A stretch of 64,000 bases of DNA from a candidate division WOR-3 bacterium. Lineage in GTDB: Bacteria > Hydrothermota > Tepidihabitantia > B3-TA06. The notes under the pieces are model-generated. The model saw only the letters and a program-made list of their open reading frames with translations, made no database searches and had not been told where the DNA came from. Where the stretch lies: the NCBI GenBank assembly GCA_965649265.1, contig CBFGKC010000001.1, forward strand, positions 190,613-254,612, read 5' to 3'. Position 1 is the stretch's first letter. The number at the start of each line of letters is the position of its first letter. A program made the translations under genes and the position numbers. Below are positions 47,986 to 57,294 of this stretch, in pieces.

Positions 47986-48633
47986 CTACGAAGCGTCGGA
48001 TGAGGGAGGTTTTTCTTGCACCTTCTGCTCCCCAGACTTATCTTTTTTCATTGATGCCCAGTACTCTGTCAGTTCTCGAGCGAGTTTAGAGGCATTTGGC
48101 TCTTCGAGCATGAATGTGATTGCTAATATTGTTAAGCAAAGTGAAGCGATTGCAAGGATAGTTTCAATAACCATCGCCGTCCACAAAAAAGAGTCCGATG
48201 GAAGAACGGCTCCAATAAGCAAGAAAATAATGGCCACAGTAACGGTAACAGAAGATATTACTATCGGTGGAGAAATTATCTTTTTGACCTTAGAATAATA
48301 AACACCTAATATACCCCATTCTGTCATTTTCAAATTGATATCACGATGTATCGAATTTTTTTTCTTAATCAATTCTATCATTAATTCCTTAACCAACTCT
48401 TCATCTGAAAAGCTGTTAACTAATACTTGCGCGGCATTTAACAATTCTGAGTTCCCCTTCGCCTTTTCAAAACAGTACAAACTCCTTATCTTTTCAGCTG
48501 TTGATTTTCTTTCAGCAACAAGGTTACCTATCCTATAAATATAAAACATCGCGGTCAGCGCAATCAGCGCAGCAAACGCCTGGGCGATTGAGGACGAAAG
48601 GTAATTGTAGGCTGTGAAAAGTTGATCTCCCAT
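47986..48633 (-). CDS. Hypothetical AT-rich membrane protein (about 3 TM)
   Basis: Open frame, visibly AT-richer than neighbours; promoter TTGACT(48667)-N16-TATCCT ends 6 nt before ATG. Confidence 0.7.
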   Translation of the reverse strand: MGDQLFTAYNYLSSSIAQAFAALIALTAMFYIYRIGNLVAERKSTAEKIRSLYCFEKAKGNSELLNAAQVLVNSFSDEELVKELMIELIKKKNSIHRDINLKMTEWGILGVYYSKVKKIISPPIVISSVTVTVAIIFLLIGAVLPSDSFLWTAMVIETILAIASLCLTILAITFMLEEPNASKLARELTEYWASMKKDKSGEQKVQEKPPSSDAS

Positions 48634-48705
48634 GAGCAAAGGATAGGCTGAGTAAAAGGGAAGTCAACCCGCCCCGAATGTCTGCTTCGCATACATTCGG
48701 GGAAC

Positions 48706-49012
48706 CCCTAGTCACCCCCACCCACCTCCCCCATCAAAGGGGGAGGGCTAGCGTCTGGAAGACGCATTGGCGGAAGTTCCTTCGCAACTCCATAATAAAG
48801 AGCGGCTTTCCCCCGCACGACGCTCTTCCAAAACCTCCCTCCCCTGGTGGGAGGGATAGAGGGAGGGGGGAATCCCTCACCCGGCGCTATGCGCCACCCT
48901 CTCCCGAGGAGAGAGGGCAGGGATTCTCCTCTCCCTATGGGAGAGGAGTCAGAGGTGAGGGTGTCCTATCGTTGAGAGCAACAGTACCTCCCCCTTGACG
49001 GGGGTGAGGGTA
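48706..49012. repeat. Cluster of C-rich/G-rich REP-like palindromes
   Basis: CCTCCCC-atcaaa-GGGGGAGG; CCCTCCC-ctggt-GGGAGGG; CCCTCACCCGGCGC..CCCTCTCCC..GAGAGGG; CTCCTCTCCC-tat-GGGAGAGGAG; CCCC-ttgac-GGGG. Confidence 0.75.
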
Positions 49013-49100
49013 ACGCCCCCAAAAGAACGCTTTATTGTGCCAAGTGCCGGGGAAAACCTTCATTTTGAAACGGAAGTTTGACTTCCCAAAGTAAGCCGAG

Positions 49101-49251
49101 AGTCCAACTTCTAACGCTCCTTCGGAGCGTACGCCCCATCCCAGGGGCGGTCTTTGTCCCACTTTTGACCAGCTTTTTTTCTCCAAAATCCTCCGATTTT
49201 GCCCGAAATGTCCCACTTCTGACCAACTTTTGTCCCACTTAGTTATCCACA
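49101..49251 (+). repeat. Phased direct repeats (TGTCCCACTT-like) plus one DnaA box
   Basis: Copies at 49101, 49155, 49166, 49209, 49220, 49231; TTATCCACA at 49243. Confidence 0.7.
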
Positions 49252-49385
49252 TTTTTGACGCGGTTCGTTAAACCTGGCCTCCCTTCACCCCACAAAATCG
49301 TGAACGATTTTGCGGGGACCCCGACTCCGCTTTTTCAGTCGGCAAACTTCCCTTGGTTTCTTGAGAGTCGCGGGGTGTGTGTTTC

Positions 49386-49413
49386 TTGACATTTTCGTGA
49401 CTCGGCGTAGTAT
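49386..49413 (+). promoter_or_regulatory. sigma-70-type promoter (N16)
   Basis: TTGACA-N16-TAGTAT upstream of fumarase alpha. Confidence 0.65.
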
Positions 49414-49454
49414 TGCATGATGTTAAATTTTCCGCGACATTCCAAGGAGGCCGC

Positions 49455-50300
49455 ATGCGCGAGTTTAACGTAAGCGACGTAATTGAACCGGTTAGAAATC
49501 TCTGCATCGAGGCCAACACCGTTCTGCCCGATGATGTGAAACGATCGTTACTCGATGCGGCAAAGACGGAGGAGTCTCCTGTCGGCAGGGAGATACTCGC
49601 GCAAATCACGGAAAATATTGACATAGCTTGCAAGGAAAAGCTGCCCATCTGCCAGGATACCGGGTTCGCAGTACTTTTCGTAGAGGTGGGACAGGACGTT
49701 CACCTTGCGGGAGGGAGTCTGAGGGATGCGATAAACGAAGGAGTCAGAAGAGGTTATACAGACGGATATCTGAGAAAGTCCATCGTCGAGGACCCGGCGG
49801 GCGCAAGGGTGAACACGAAAGACAACACGCCGGCGATTATACATTGGGATATCGTTCCGGGCGATAAGGTGAAGATAACGATAGCGCCCAAGGGCGGCGG
49901 CAGCGAGAACATGAGCACGGTGAAGATGATGAAGCCCGCGGACGGTTTGGTTGGTGTGGAAAAGTTTGTCGTGGATTGGGTTCGCCAGGCCGGCGGCAAC
50001 CCCTGCCCCCCCGTAATTGTGGGCGTGGGAATCGGGGGGAACTTCGAATACGTTGCCTATCTTGCTAAAAAAGCGCTGCTTAGGGATATCGGCTCACACA
50101 ATCCGAATCAGAAGTATGCGGAGGCGGAAAAGGCGATTCTTGAGGGAATAAATGACACCGGAGTCGGCCCTATGGGTCTTGGAGGCCGGATTACAGCGCT
50201 TGCCGTGATGATTGAAACCCACCCCTGTCACATAGCCTCAATGCCCGTGGCCGTCAACATAAATTGCCATGCTGCAAGACATAAATCGGTCGTTCTCTAG
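49455..50300 (+). CDS. Class I fumarate hydratase (Fe-S hydro-lyase) alpha subunit
   Basis: RBS AAGGAGG; PICQDTG, YLRKS, KGGGSEN, GNPCPP, GPMGLGG, HIAS, CHAAR. Confidence 0.94.
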   Translation: MREFNVSDVIEPVRNLCIEANTVLPDDVKRSLLDAAKTEESPVGREILAQITENIDIACKEKLPICQDTGFAVLFVEVGQDVHLAGGSLRDAINEGVRRGYTDGYLRKSIVEDPAGARVNTKDNTPAIIHWDIVPGDKVKITIAPKGGGSENMSTVKMMKPADGLVGVEKFVVDWVRQAGGNPCPPVIVGVGIGGNFEYVAYLAKKALLRDIGSHNPNQKYAEAEKAILEGINDTGVGPMGLGGRITALAVMIETHPCHIASMPVAVNINCHAARHKSVVL

Positions 50301-50415
50301 TTTTCTAGGGCTGTGCAGCGGGGAGGTAAAGAATTTTGCGATCTTTTCGGGAAAGAGGGCCCCAAGACCCGAGCTGAGAAATGGGTCTAAAAACCCCAAG
50401 GAGGAATAAAACAAA

Positions 50416-51723
50416 ATGAGAATCTTAGTTCTCAACTGCGGCTCATCTTCCGTAAAATATATGCTTTATAAGTGGGGCGAGCGCCGGCCGCTCGCGTCCG
50501 GTCTCGTCGAGCGCGTGGGACTTGCCGGCTCCTTCATCAAGCACCAGGTCCCGGGCAGGGAAACCTACGAGGAATCTCGCGTGTGCCCCACACATAAAGA
50601 AGCAATAGGTTTAGTAATAGAGACACTTACGCACGCCGAGGCAGGCGTGATTCGGTCCCTTGAGGAAATACAGGCTTGTGGTCACCGCGTTGTTCACGGC
50701 GGCGAGCGATTTGCCTCATCGGTCCGAATTACACCTGAGGTGCTTGCAACTTTCAGGGAGCTTTCCGACCTTGCTCCTCTTCATAACCCGCCCAATATAC
50801 TGGGTATAGAGGCGGCAATGCACCATTTGCCGGGTATCCCCCACATCGCGGTAATGGATACGAGCTTTCACCAGGCTATGCCTGCGGAATCCTACATCTA
50901 TGCCGTTCCCTACGCATGGTATCGCAACTACAAGATTCGCCGCTACGGTTTTCACGGAACCTCGCACCTGTATGTTTCAAAAAGAGCGGCAGTTATGCTT
51001 GGGAAAAAACCGGACGAGGTAAACCTCATCACCTGTCATATCGGCAACGGTGTAAGCTTTACGGCGATTAAGAACGGCAAAAGCTTCGATCATTCGATGG
51101 GTTTCACGCCGCTGGAGGGGCTCGTGATGGGCACGCGTTCAGGAGATCTGGACCCGGCCATAATCGGATATATCTCTCAGAAAGAAGGACTTACCGCGCA
51201 GCAAGTGATCGATATCCTCAACAAGAAATCGGGAATCCTCGGCATCAGCGAGAAGTACGTTGACCGCCGTGACATCCACACGGCAATGGAGCAGGGTGAA
51301 AAGCAGGCCGAGCTGGCGTTTAACATCGAGTGTTACCGCGCAAAGAAATATATCGGCTCCTATCTTGCCGCACTTGGCCATACGGACGCAATCGTCTTCA
51401 CCGCGGGCGTCGGCGAACGCGGCTGGGAGATGCGCGAGGAAGTATGTCGCGGACTTGAAGAGCTTGGTGTCAAGCTCGATTTGAAGCGCAACCGCGAAGC
51501 GGTGAGTCGTAACCACGAGTTCGTCATCTCGACCGATGATTCCAAGGTAAAGATATTCGTGATTCCGACTGACGAGGAACTCGTCTTTGTTGAAGACGTT
51601 GTCGGTATCCTTGAGGGTACTTACGGAACAAAGGATTTCCGATACTCGTTCGAGGGCCATGATTACCATAACCCCCTTCGAGACGAGGCTTACGAAAAAG
51701 AACTGAAGAAGAATAACAACTAA
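50416..51723 (+). CDS. ackA: Acetate kinase
   Basis: LNCGSSSVK, GHRVVHGG, APLHN, RRYGFHGTSH, GFTPLEG, FTAGVGE, PTDEE. Confidence 0.96.
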   Translation: MRILVLNCGSSSVKYMLYKWGERRPLASGLVERVGLAGSFIKHQVPGRETYEESRVCPTHKEAIGLVIETLTHAEAGVIRSLEEIQACGHRVVHGGERFASSVRITPEVLATFRELSDLAPLHNPPNILGIEAAMHHLPGIPHIAVMDTSFHQAMPAESYIYAVPYAWYRNYKIRRYGFHGTSHLYVSKRAAVMLGKKPDEVNLITCHIGNGVSFTAIKNGKSFDHSMGFTPLEGLVMGTRSGDLDPAIIGYISQKEGLTAQQVIDILNKKSGILGISEKYVDRRDIHTAMEQGEKQAELAFNIECYRAKKYIGSYLAALGHTDAIVFTAGVGERGWEMREEVCRGLEELGVKLDLKRNREAVSRNHEFVISTDDSKVKIFVIPTDEELVFVEDVVGILEGTYGTKDFRYSFEGHDYHNPLRDEAYEKELKKNNN

Positions 51724-51915
51724 CCTCAAGAATCGCAAGCGGTCTTTTACCTGTTTTTTCTGCTCGTGAAGAGTTTACTATCTCTGTCGTACATAAGGAT
51801 ATTCTTGTGGAAAAGCTGATCGTTAAAGAGATTCGGTAAAACCTTGTGGAGAAAAATGGTTACATGAAGCAGTCTTTATCTACTGCTTTAAGTTTGTTTA
51901 CGACAGAAAGTGTGG

Positions 51916-52347
51916 TCAGGCCAGCCTTTTCTTTACTGCAAAAAGCGAGCTTTCAGGTTCTTCAAGCATCTGGCAGGCAAGCTGCTCGGATTCCTCCCAT
52001 CCCTTTGCAGCATCTATTCGGGCAAGCGTTTCCTTGGTGAGAGAAATTTCGATTGATCTGGAGCAATCTTTCAATTCGAATCTCACGCGCGCCTCGCATT
52101 CACCGGATACGCTGATATTCCCCTTGCCTAACGTGCAGCAGGAACCTAGCTGTACGCCATCTGTAAAACACGAGATGGGTGGTTTGAACCCGGTCATTGT
52201 ATGTGCGCGCTTTCCGAAAGGGTCATCGCTCAGCTCGCGGTTGGCGATCTGGCCGGCGCGGAACCCCAGAACCACATAGGGGCCGAGGTGTCCGTGAAAA
52301 CGTTTTATGCAGTCAATTATCTCGTTACTGGAAAGTTCCTTATGCAT
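51916..52347 (-). CDS. FmdE-family protein
   Basis: FHGHLGPYVVLG, SCFTDGVQ, CTLGKGN; promoter TTGACA(52380)-N16-TAGAAT ends 5 nt before ATG. Confidence 0.88.
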   Translation of the reverse strand: MHKELSSNEIIDCIKRFHGHLGPYVVLGFRAGQIANRELSDDPFGKRAHTMTGFKPPISCFTDGVQLGSCCTLGKGNISVSGECEARVRFELKDCSRSIEISLTKETLARIDAAKGWEESEQLACQMLEEPESSLFAVKKRLA

Positions 52348-52809
52348 AACTTATTCTACTAGAGATATGTTTATTGTCAAGTTTTTATTTTAAGAAAAGA
52401 AATTGATTTTTAAAGTCTGCCATCTATTAAGGGGACTGTAGTCTTGACAATCTTTTACGACGCATATCCTTTCTTCATGTGAGATAACTTCTTTGTAACC
52501 TGTAACTACCTTTCTTTCACCATCGCAAAGGCCTTCGCGGTAATCGAGCCGGTTTATAATGAAAATGGAAACCAACGAATGCGAACGTGCTTGGGGGAAA
52601 ATGGCGTCTTCAAGACACATTGAAAGAACAAGATCAACTGATTCACAAAGTAGAGCGAGTAGCAATTATACCGATCGCCCTCTCCGCTATCGTTGGACGG
52701 TAAAATGTGAGCGGCGGAAAACGGTTCCGCGCATGCTACTTCCAGTCGCTACAGTAAATCCTGAGGCAACCTGCTGGACGAAGTTCGGCCCATGCGCATT
52801 CCAGGCGTT

Positions 52810-53068
52810 CCCTCAACCGGCTTCGCCGACCTCTTCCGAAGGGCGAGGTAAATCTCACCCTCCCCCTAGCGCTTCGAAGAAACGCACCCCTCCCGTAGAG
52901 AGAGGGATACGTTGATTTGATAAGACCTTATCGCACCACCCCCGTCGAGTTTGGAGGGAAGGGAGGGGGTGTTTTATTTCCTTAGCCTGAAGCTGCATAT
53001 GAGGATGACCTATGAAATATAAGCTTATTTCAAGGGTCAGACCCAGCCCCGAAGGGGTACGGGTGTTA
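52810..53068. repeat. REP-like palindromes, with inverted copies of the 47.7-kb repeat modules
   Basis: CCCTCAACCGGCTTCGCCGACCTC..GAGGT; 53048-53068 is the exact reverse complement of 47705-47725; 52974-53007 is the reverse complement of 47674-47707 with 3 mismatches. Confidence 0.75.
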
Positions 53069-53072
53069 CGGG

Positions 53073-54335
53073 TCAGTAGTATTTCACCACGTTGCAGTCG
53101 GGCAGGGTTTTTTTGAAAGAGCTGATTGCCTCGTCCGTAACCTGGGTACCCGAAACGTCAAGGTATCGCAGATTTTTCATTTCCTTGAGTTCCAGAAGCC
53201 CCTTGTCCGTTATCGCAGTCGAAACGAGCACCAGGTTTTTAAGCGAAGGCAAGGTCTTAAGAACCTCAACGTCATCGTCCGTCAGACCGGTCGAAGCCAG
53301 GTCCAGACGCCTAAGATTCGAGAGCCCCGACAGGTGTTTGAGCCCGTTGCCCGATAAGACCGATTCACCCCCTCCCCCTATGCTGAGCGAATAGAGGTGC
53401 TTGAGATCACTGAGGCATTTCAACTCATCGTCCGTGACGCCGGTGCCGGTTAGATCGAGCCTCTCCAGATTGGTCATCCGTGCAATCCGGGGCAGATCGT
53501 CCTCGTAAACGCCGGAGTAAGGAAGTGATAATGATTTGAGCGTGTTCGTGCGCGCAAGATACTCCAGCACCTCGTCGGCAATCTCGGCCTGGATAATCGT
53601 CAGCTCCTGGAGGGCGGGCAGGGTGGGTAGGAAACTCACCCATCCCGTGTCCGCTACTTCCCAGTATCTCGTCAATGCGCGAAGGTTCTTGTGTCCCCTG
53701 AGCGCAAAAAGCTCCTCGTCGGGCGTGGAAGCGAGTGTCAGTTCGCGTAGATTCGCAAGTCCGGCAATCACTCCCACCGAACCTTCGGGCAGGAGGGTAA
53801 CCTCGAAGTCGAGCGTCACCAATCCCTTGCATGCGGCAAGGTCTCGAATCATGCTTTCTGAAAGCTCCCCTGCGGTGAAGTACAACCCGGAGAGGTTCTT
53901 TAATCCGGTGACGACACTCGAGTACTCGACGGAGTCCTCGATGGAGCCAACAAAGAAAAGCGAGCGAAGGTTCTCGTACTCTGCCGCTCTCGCCAGGTCA
54001 TAACCAGGCACTATCCCTGTGATAATCTGTTCGGGATCATCGACGACTATCGAATCCGGCGTGGTCAGATCGACCCCGACCACCCTGCCGTTGACCTGGA
54101 GGGTGTTTGCTTGCGGCTTGTAGTCAATCTCTGTTTCGCCCTGCCACGGGTAGTAATATTCGAAGTCGGGGTTTGCGGCTAGATTAAGGAAGTGCTCGCC
54201 CGGCTTCCAATCCGTCGTGTTGACCTCCTCCTCGTATGCCCCCTCCCTTGTTATCACCAAATCACCTTCCGCCGGGGTCACCAGAACAACCGTGAGCGCC
54301 AGCCCCCATCCGAGGGCTTTACTTGCATATTTCAT
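53073..54335 (-). CDS. Exported leucine-rich repeat protein
   Basis: Signal peptide; LxxLxxLxLxxTxVTD repeats; RBS AAGGAGG; promoter TTGACA(54384)-N16-TAGGAT. Confidence 0.9.
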   Translation of the reverse strand: MKYASKALGWGLALTVVLVTPAEGDLVITREGAYEEEVNTTDWKPGEHFLNLAANPDFEYYYPWQGETEIDYKPQANTLQVNGRVVGVDLTTPDSIVVDDPEQIITGIVPGYDLARAAEYENLRSLFFVGSIEDSVEYSSVVTGLKNLSGLYFTAGELSESMIRDLAACKGLVTLDFEVTLLPEGSVGVIAGLANLRELTLASTPDEELFALRGHKNLRALTRYWEVADTGWVSFLPTLPALQELTIIQAEIADEVLEYLARTNTLKSLSLPYSGVYEDDLPRIARMTNLERLDLTGTGVTDDELKCLSDLKHLYSLSIGGGGESVLSGNGLKHLSGLSNLRRLDLASTGLTDDDVEVLKTLPSLKNLVLVSTAITDKGLLELKEMKNLRYLDVSGTQVTDEAISSFKKTLPDCNVVKYY

Positions 54336-54563
54336 ACTTCCTCCTTATGGCGAGATATCCTATCTCCGTAAAAAAAGTTGTCAACGGTCCGCGGCGCCCG
54401 CCGGAGAAAAGTTGATCGCGGCCTGGGGCGTTGGTAATCGTGTTATTGAATAATCGGTAGTACCCGGGATACATCAAAATACCTATTGACGCGGGCCGTC
54501 ACGTTCACATAATCATTAAGTTAAATGTTTCTGAGAACGGATTTAAGCAAATCAGGAGGAAGA

Positions 54564-54713
54564 ATGCTTAAACGCGACGGGCTGGGAATTTATAAAGAGG
54601 TGCTTACCGCGGACCGCAGGCCTTGCGCCTTCAAATCCCTTCTTTCGTCATGTTTTTCTCCAATTTCAGTGGTGCGTGATTCGTTATCCCCTCCGGGAGA
54701 GCGCTATGTCTGA
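54564..54713 (+). CDS. Possible small protein (49 aa)
   Basis: Promoter TTGACG(54486)-N16-CATAAT, strong RBS AGGAGG; stop overlaps the start of the next gene. Confidence 0.3.
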   Translation: MLKRDGLGIYKEVLTADRRPCAFKSLLSSCFSPISVVRDSLSPPGERYV

Positions 54714-55515
54714 TCGGATTCGAATACTTCTGGTGGACGACGAGACGGATTTTCTGACCGCCACCGCGCGGATAATCTCTTCTCTCGGTTACGAAGTCGA
54801 GTGCGCGGTCTCCGGCGACGAAGCGCTGGTAATGTACAAGGATTCAAGCTGCGACCTTTTGATAACCGATTTGAAGATGCCGGTAATGGACGGATTCGAG
54901 CTCATACACAAGATAAGAGCTATCAACTCGACCCAGAGGATCATAGTTTCCACCGCGATGCATTCACAGGTCGTGCCGTGGAACAAGCGCTTTGCGCGTT
55001 CGGACACGCCGGGCGAGGGAGTCGAGATGAGCACCATCAATTTCCTTCTCAAGCCTTTCTCGAAAAAGACCCTCGCGACCGCGATCGAGAAGACGCTTAT
55101 GGGTGAGATGTTCTGGCCCGGATGCGAGGTCTTTACAAACAAGGCCGGACGTAAAATGCCCGCAACGCCGGCAGGCGATGAGGACTATCACGAGCCTCTC
55201 GACTGCTTCTATTTCATCGATCTCTATCACATATGGCGAAACAGCGTCAGTCTCAATGTTACAAAAGATGACCTCGCGGGCACTATCTACATTAAGGAGG
55301 GTGAGGTAATCCACGCCGAGACGGATGCCCTTACCGGTGAGGAGGCGCTCGAGGAGATACTTTCGTGGAAGGAGCCTTTAATAAAACTTAGCCCGTATCC
55401 TCCGGGAGTAGAGCGAACCATCAATGCATTCTCGTCACCCTCACCACTCACGAGAGAAGGAAAGCCTCCTCGAGCCGGTGAAGCAAACGATGACGCGTGC
55501 GGCAGTCAGCAATAA
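54706..55515 (+). CDS. Response regulator receiver + DUF4388 (PatA-N) domain protein
   Basis: ILLVDDE, LITDLKMPVMDG, STA, LKPF; C-terminal GTIYIKEGEVIHA..GEEALEEILSW. Confidence 0.85.
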   Translation: MSDRIRILLVDDETDFLTATARIISSLGYEVECAVSGDEALVMYKDSSCDLLITDLKMPVMDGFELIHKIRAINSTQRIIVSTAMHSQVVPWNKRFARSDTPGEGVEMSTINFLLKPFSKKTLATAIEKTLMGEMFWPGCEVFTNKAGRKMPATPAGDEDYHEPLDCFYFIDLYHIWRNSVSLNVTKDDLAGTIYIKEGEVIHAETDALTGEEALEEILSWKEPLIKLSPYPPGVERTINAFSSPSPLTREGKPPRAGEANDDACGSQQ

Positions 55516-55691
55516 ACAAGTATCTGCATCAAGCCCGGGGGTCGTTAGGGAATAAACTAGCGTGTGTCCGAGTATCTATCGCCACACACGCTTAGCAAAA
55601 ACATGAGAGCGTCGCGAGATATCAACGCCGCGGCGTGCCGCACATTCGATTCGGGTAATAAACGCCCAAAGCGCCGCTTCGCGCTCGCGAG

Positions 55692-57173
55692 TTACTTTGA
55701 ATTCAGTGTTTCCCTGGATACGAGCGCGAGAGAATCCCCTGCAAATCTGAAATAATAAAGTGAGGAACCGCTCTCCGCATACTTTTCTCGAACGGCTGCA
55801 AGGTCCCTCGGCGTCCCTCTATAGGCGTCGTTGGATGCAAGCACGACCAGATCCTTGCCGGTCATCCAGTCCACGGGTTCGTGAAGATGTACGTGGCTGG
55901 GCAGACCGTCCAGGAATATCACGTCACGCTCGGCAAAGTCCGCCGTCCCCACGACCTCTCTGGCAAGCCTTTGAGTCAGGCCGCTCGTTTTCACGAACTC
56001 CCGCTCGATCAACAGCGTTCCCGCAACGTTAGCAGAAAGGTAGAGTCCTGAGCAAATACCCGTGATCCAGAGCAGGGCCGTCCTTCCTTTTTGCCTGAAA
56101 TATTCCCAGATACTTGAAAAGATTAATCCGGCAAAACCGGCGAGGAATATCGAAGGCAGGTATGCATAGCGCGCGCTTATCTTGATGGAAAAGGGAAGAA
56201 ATACGAGAAGCGAAATAATCGTCGCGAGGAAACTCCAGAGCTGCGCTCTCGATAATTTCTTGAGTGACGCGAGTACCACGGTCAAAGGCAGCGTCAGTGC
56301 TGTAGCGCCCGCGAGAAGCCAGTACAGAATCAACAGCGGGCGCGGCAGAATCTCAAGAACGCCTGCAACATAGGGATGCCGGGGGTTCGGCATGATGAGC
56401 CACACCCAGTAGTCAAACACATTCGTAAATATGTGCCATCCCGGGCGGTAAGGCGAATCGCCGCCCACGTATTTCATCGCCCAGCCGGTCTGAACCAGAA
56501 GGTAGAGTGCGAAGAGGAGTCCGAATGCCAGGTAGGGCCAGAAGAACCCTTTCCCCCTCTCATCCCTCTTGACCATCACAAGATCGTAAGAGAGTATGAG
56601 GAAAGGAAGAGCAGCCGAAGTTTCCTTGGTCATGAAGGCAAGAACCATACTCGCAAGCGAGAGTGCCAGCCACCCCTTTCCCTTCTCCTGCCTGAACCTT
56701 ATGTGGCCGTAAAGTGAAAGCAGTATGAACAGGACGGCGAAGAGTTCCACGCTCGAGGATATCCATGTTATACCCTCGTAGTGCGAGAACGAGACGAGAA
56801 AGAGAAGTGCTGCCGCCGCCGGGGCCGTTAAACTCCTCGCGACCCTTCTGACCGTGAAGAATACGAGCGTCGTGATGACGAGATGCAGGAAGAGGTTCGC
56901 GATCACGTAGGGAAGGGGGGTCCCTCCGAAGAGCGCGCCTCTGGCCATGATGAGCGTCATGTTCAGAGGCCTGAAGAAATCGTTGCCTCCGTGGAGCACC
57001 GTTTCCAGGAACGGCCTTGCCTTGTATGCTTCATAAATCGAAAGCGCGGTGTAGTCGTCCCCAATAAATCCGTTCTTCAAAAGCGGCATGAAGATGATGA
57101 TACCTGCAAGCCACAAGGCCGCGAGTATCCACCATTGACGGGTGCTTGCTTTCGCTTCATCCATGATCGTCAA
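55692..57173 (-). CDS. GT-C-fold membrane glycosyltransferase-like protein
   Basis: GFIGDDY, FFRPL, EGITWIS, LAFMTKET, RYAYLPS; many TM segments. Confidence 0.75.
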   Translation of the reverse strand: MTIMDEAKASTRQWWILAALWLAGIIIFMPLLKNGFIGDDYTALSIYEAYKARPFLETVLHGGNDFFRPLNMTLIMARGALFGGTPLPYVIANLFLHLVITTLVFFTVRRVARSLTAPAAAALLFLVSFSHYEGITWISSSVELFAVLFILLSLYGHIRFRQEKGKGWLALSLASMVLAFMTKETSAALPFLILSYDLVMVKRDERGKGFFWPYLAFGLLFALYLLVQTGWAMKYVGGDSPYRPGWHIFTNVFDYWVWLIMPNPRHPYVAGVLEILPRPLLILYWLLAGATALTLPLTVVLASLKKLSRAQLWSFLATIISLLVFLPFSIKISARYAYLPSIFLAGFAGLIFSSIWEYFRQKGRTALLWITGICSGLYLSANVAGTLLIEREFVKTSGLTQRLAREVVGTADFAERDVIFLDGLPSHVHLHEPVDWMTGKDLVVLASNDAYRGTPRDLAAVREKYAESGSSLYYFRFAGDSLALVSRETLNSK

Positions 57174-57294
57174 TCATCCTCTCATAAATCCTCGGAGCAA
57201 GAAATCGTCCCGCAGCATCGAGGTTGTATGACTCTCGAGTCGTACGGCAGGTCATATGGTTCAATCCGGTCGGCGCCCGGGATTCAAGACGGGC

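Noticed and set aside
49028-49043. Third sigma-54 promoter (minus strand TTGGCACA)
   Set aside because: The -12 GC is one base off and TTGC is absent.
49243-49251. oriC
   Set aside because: Only one perfect DnaA box seen, no clear AT-rich unwinding element and no dnaA/dnaN context.
52546-52823. RNase P or long SRP RNA closed by GAGCCGGTT/AACCGGCTT
   Set aside because: No GAGGAAAGTCC or SRP motif, and the 3' partner belongs to a REP-like palindrome.
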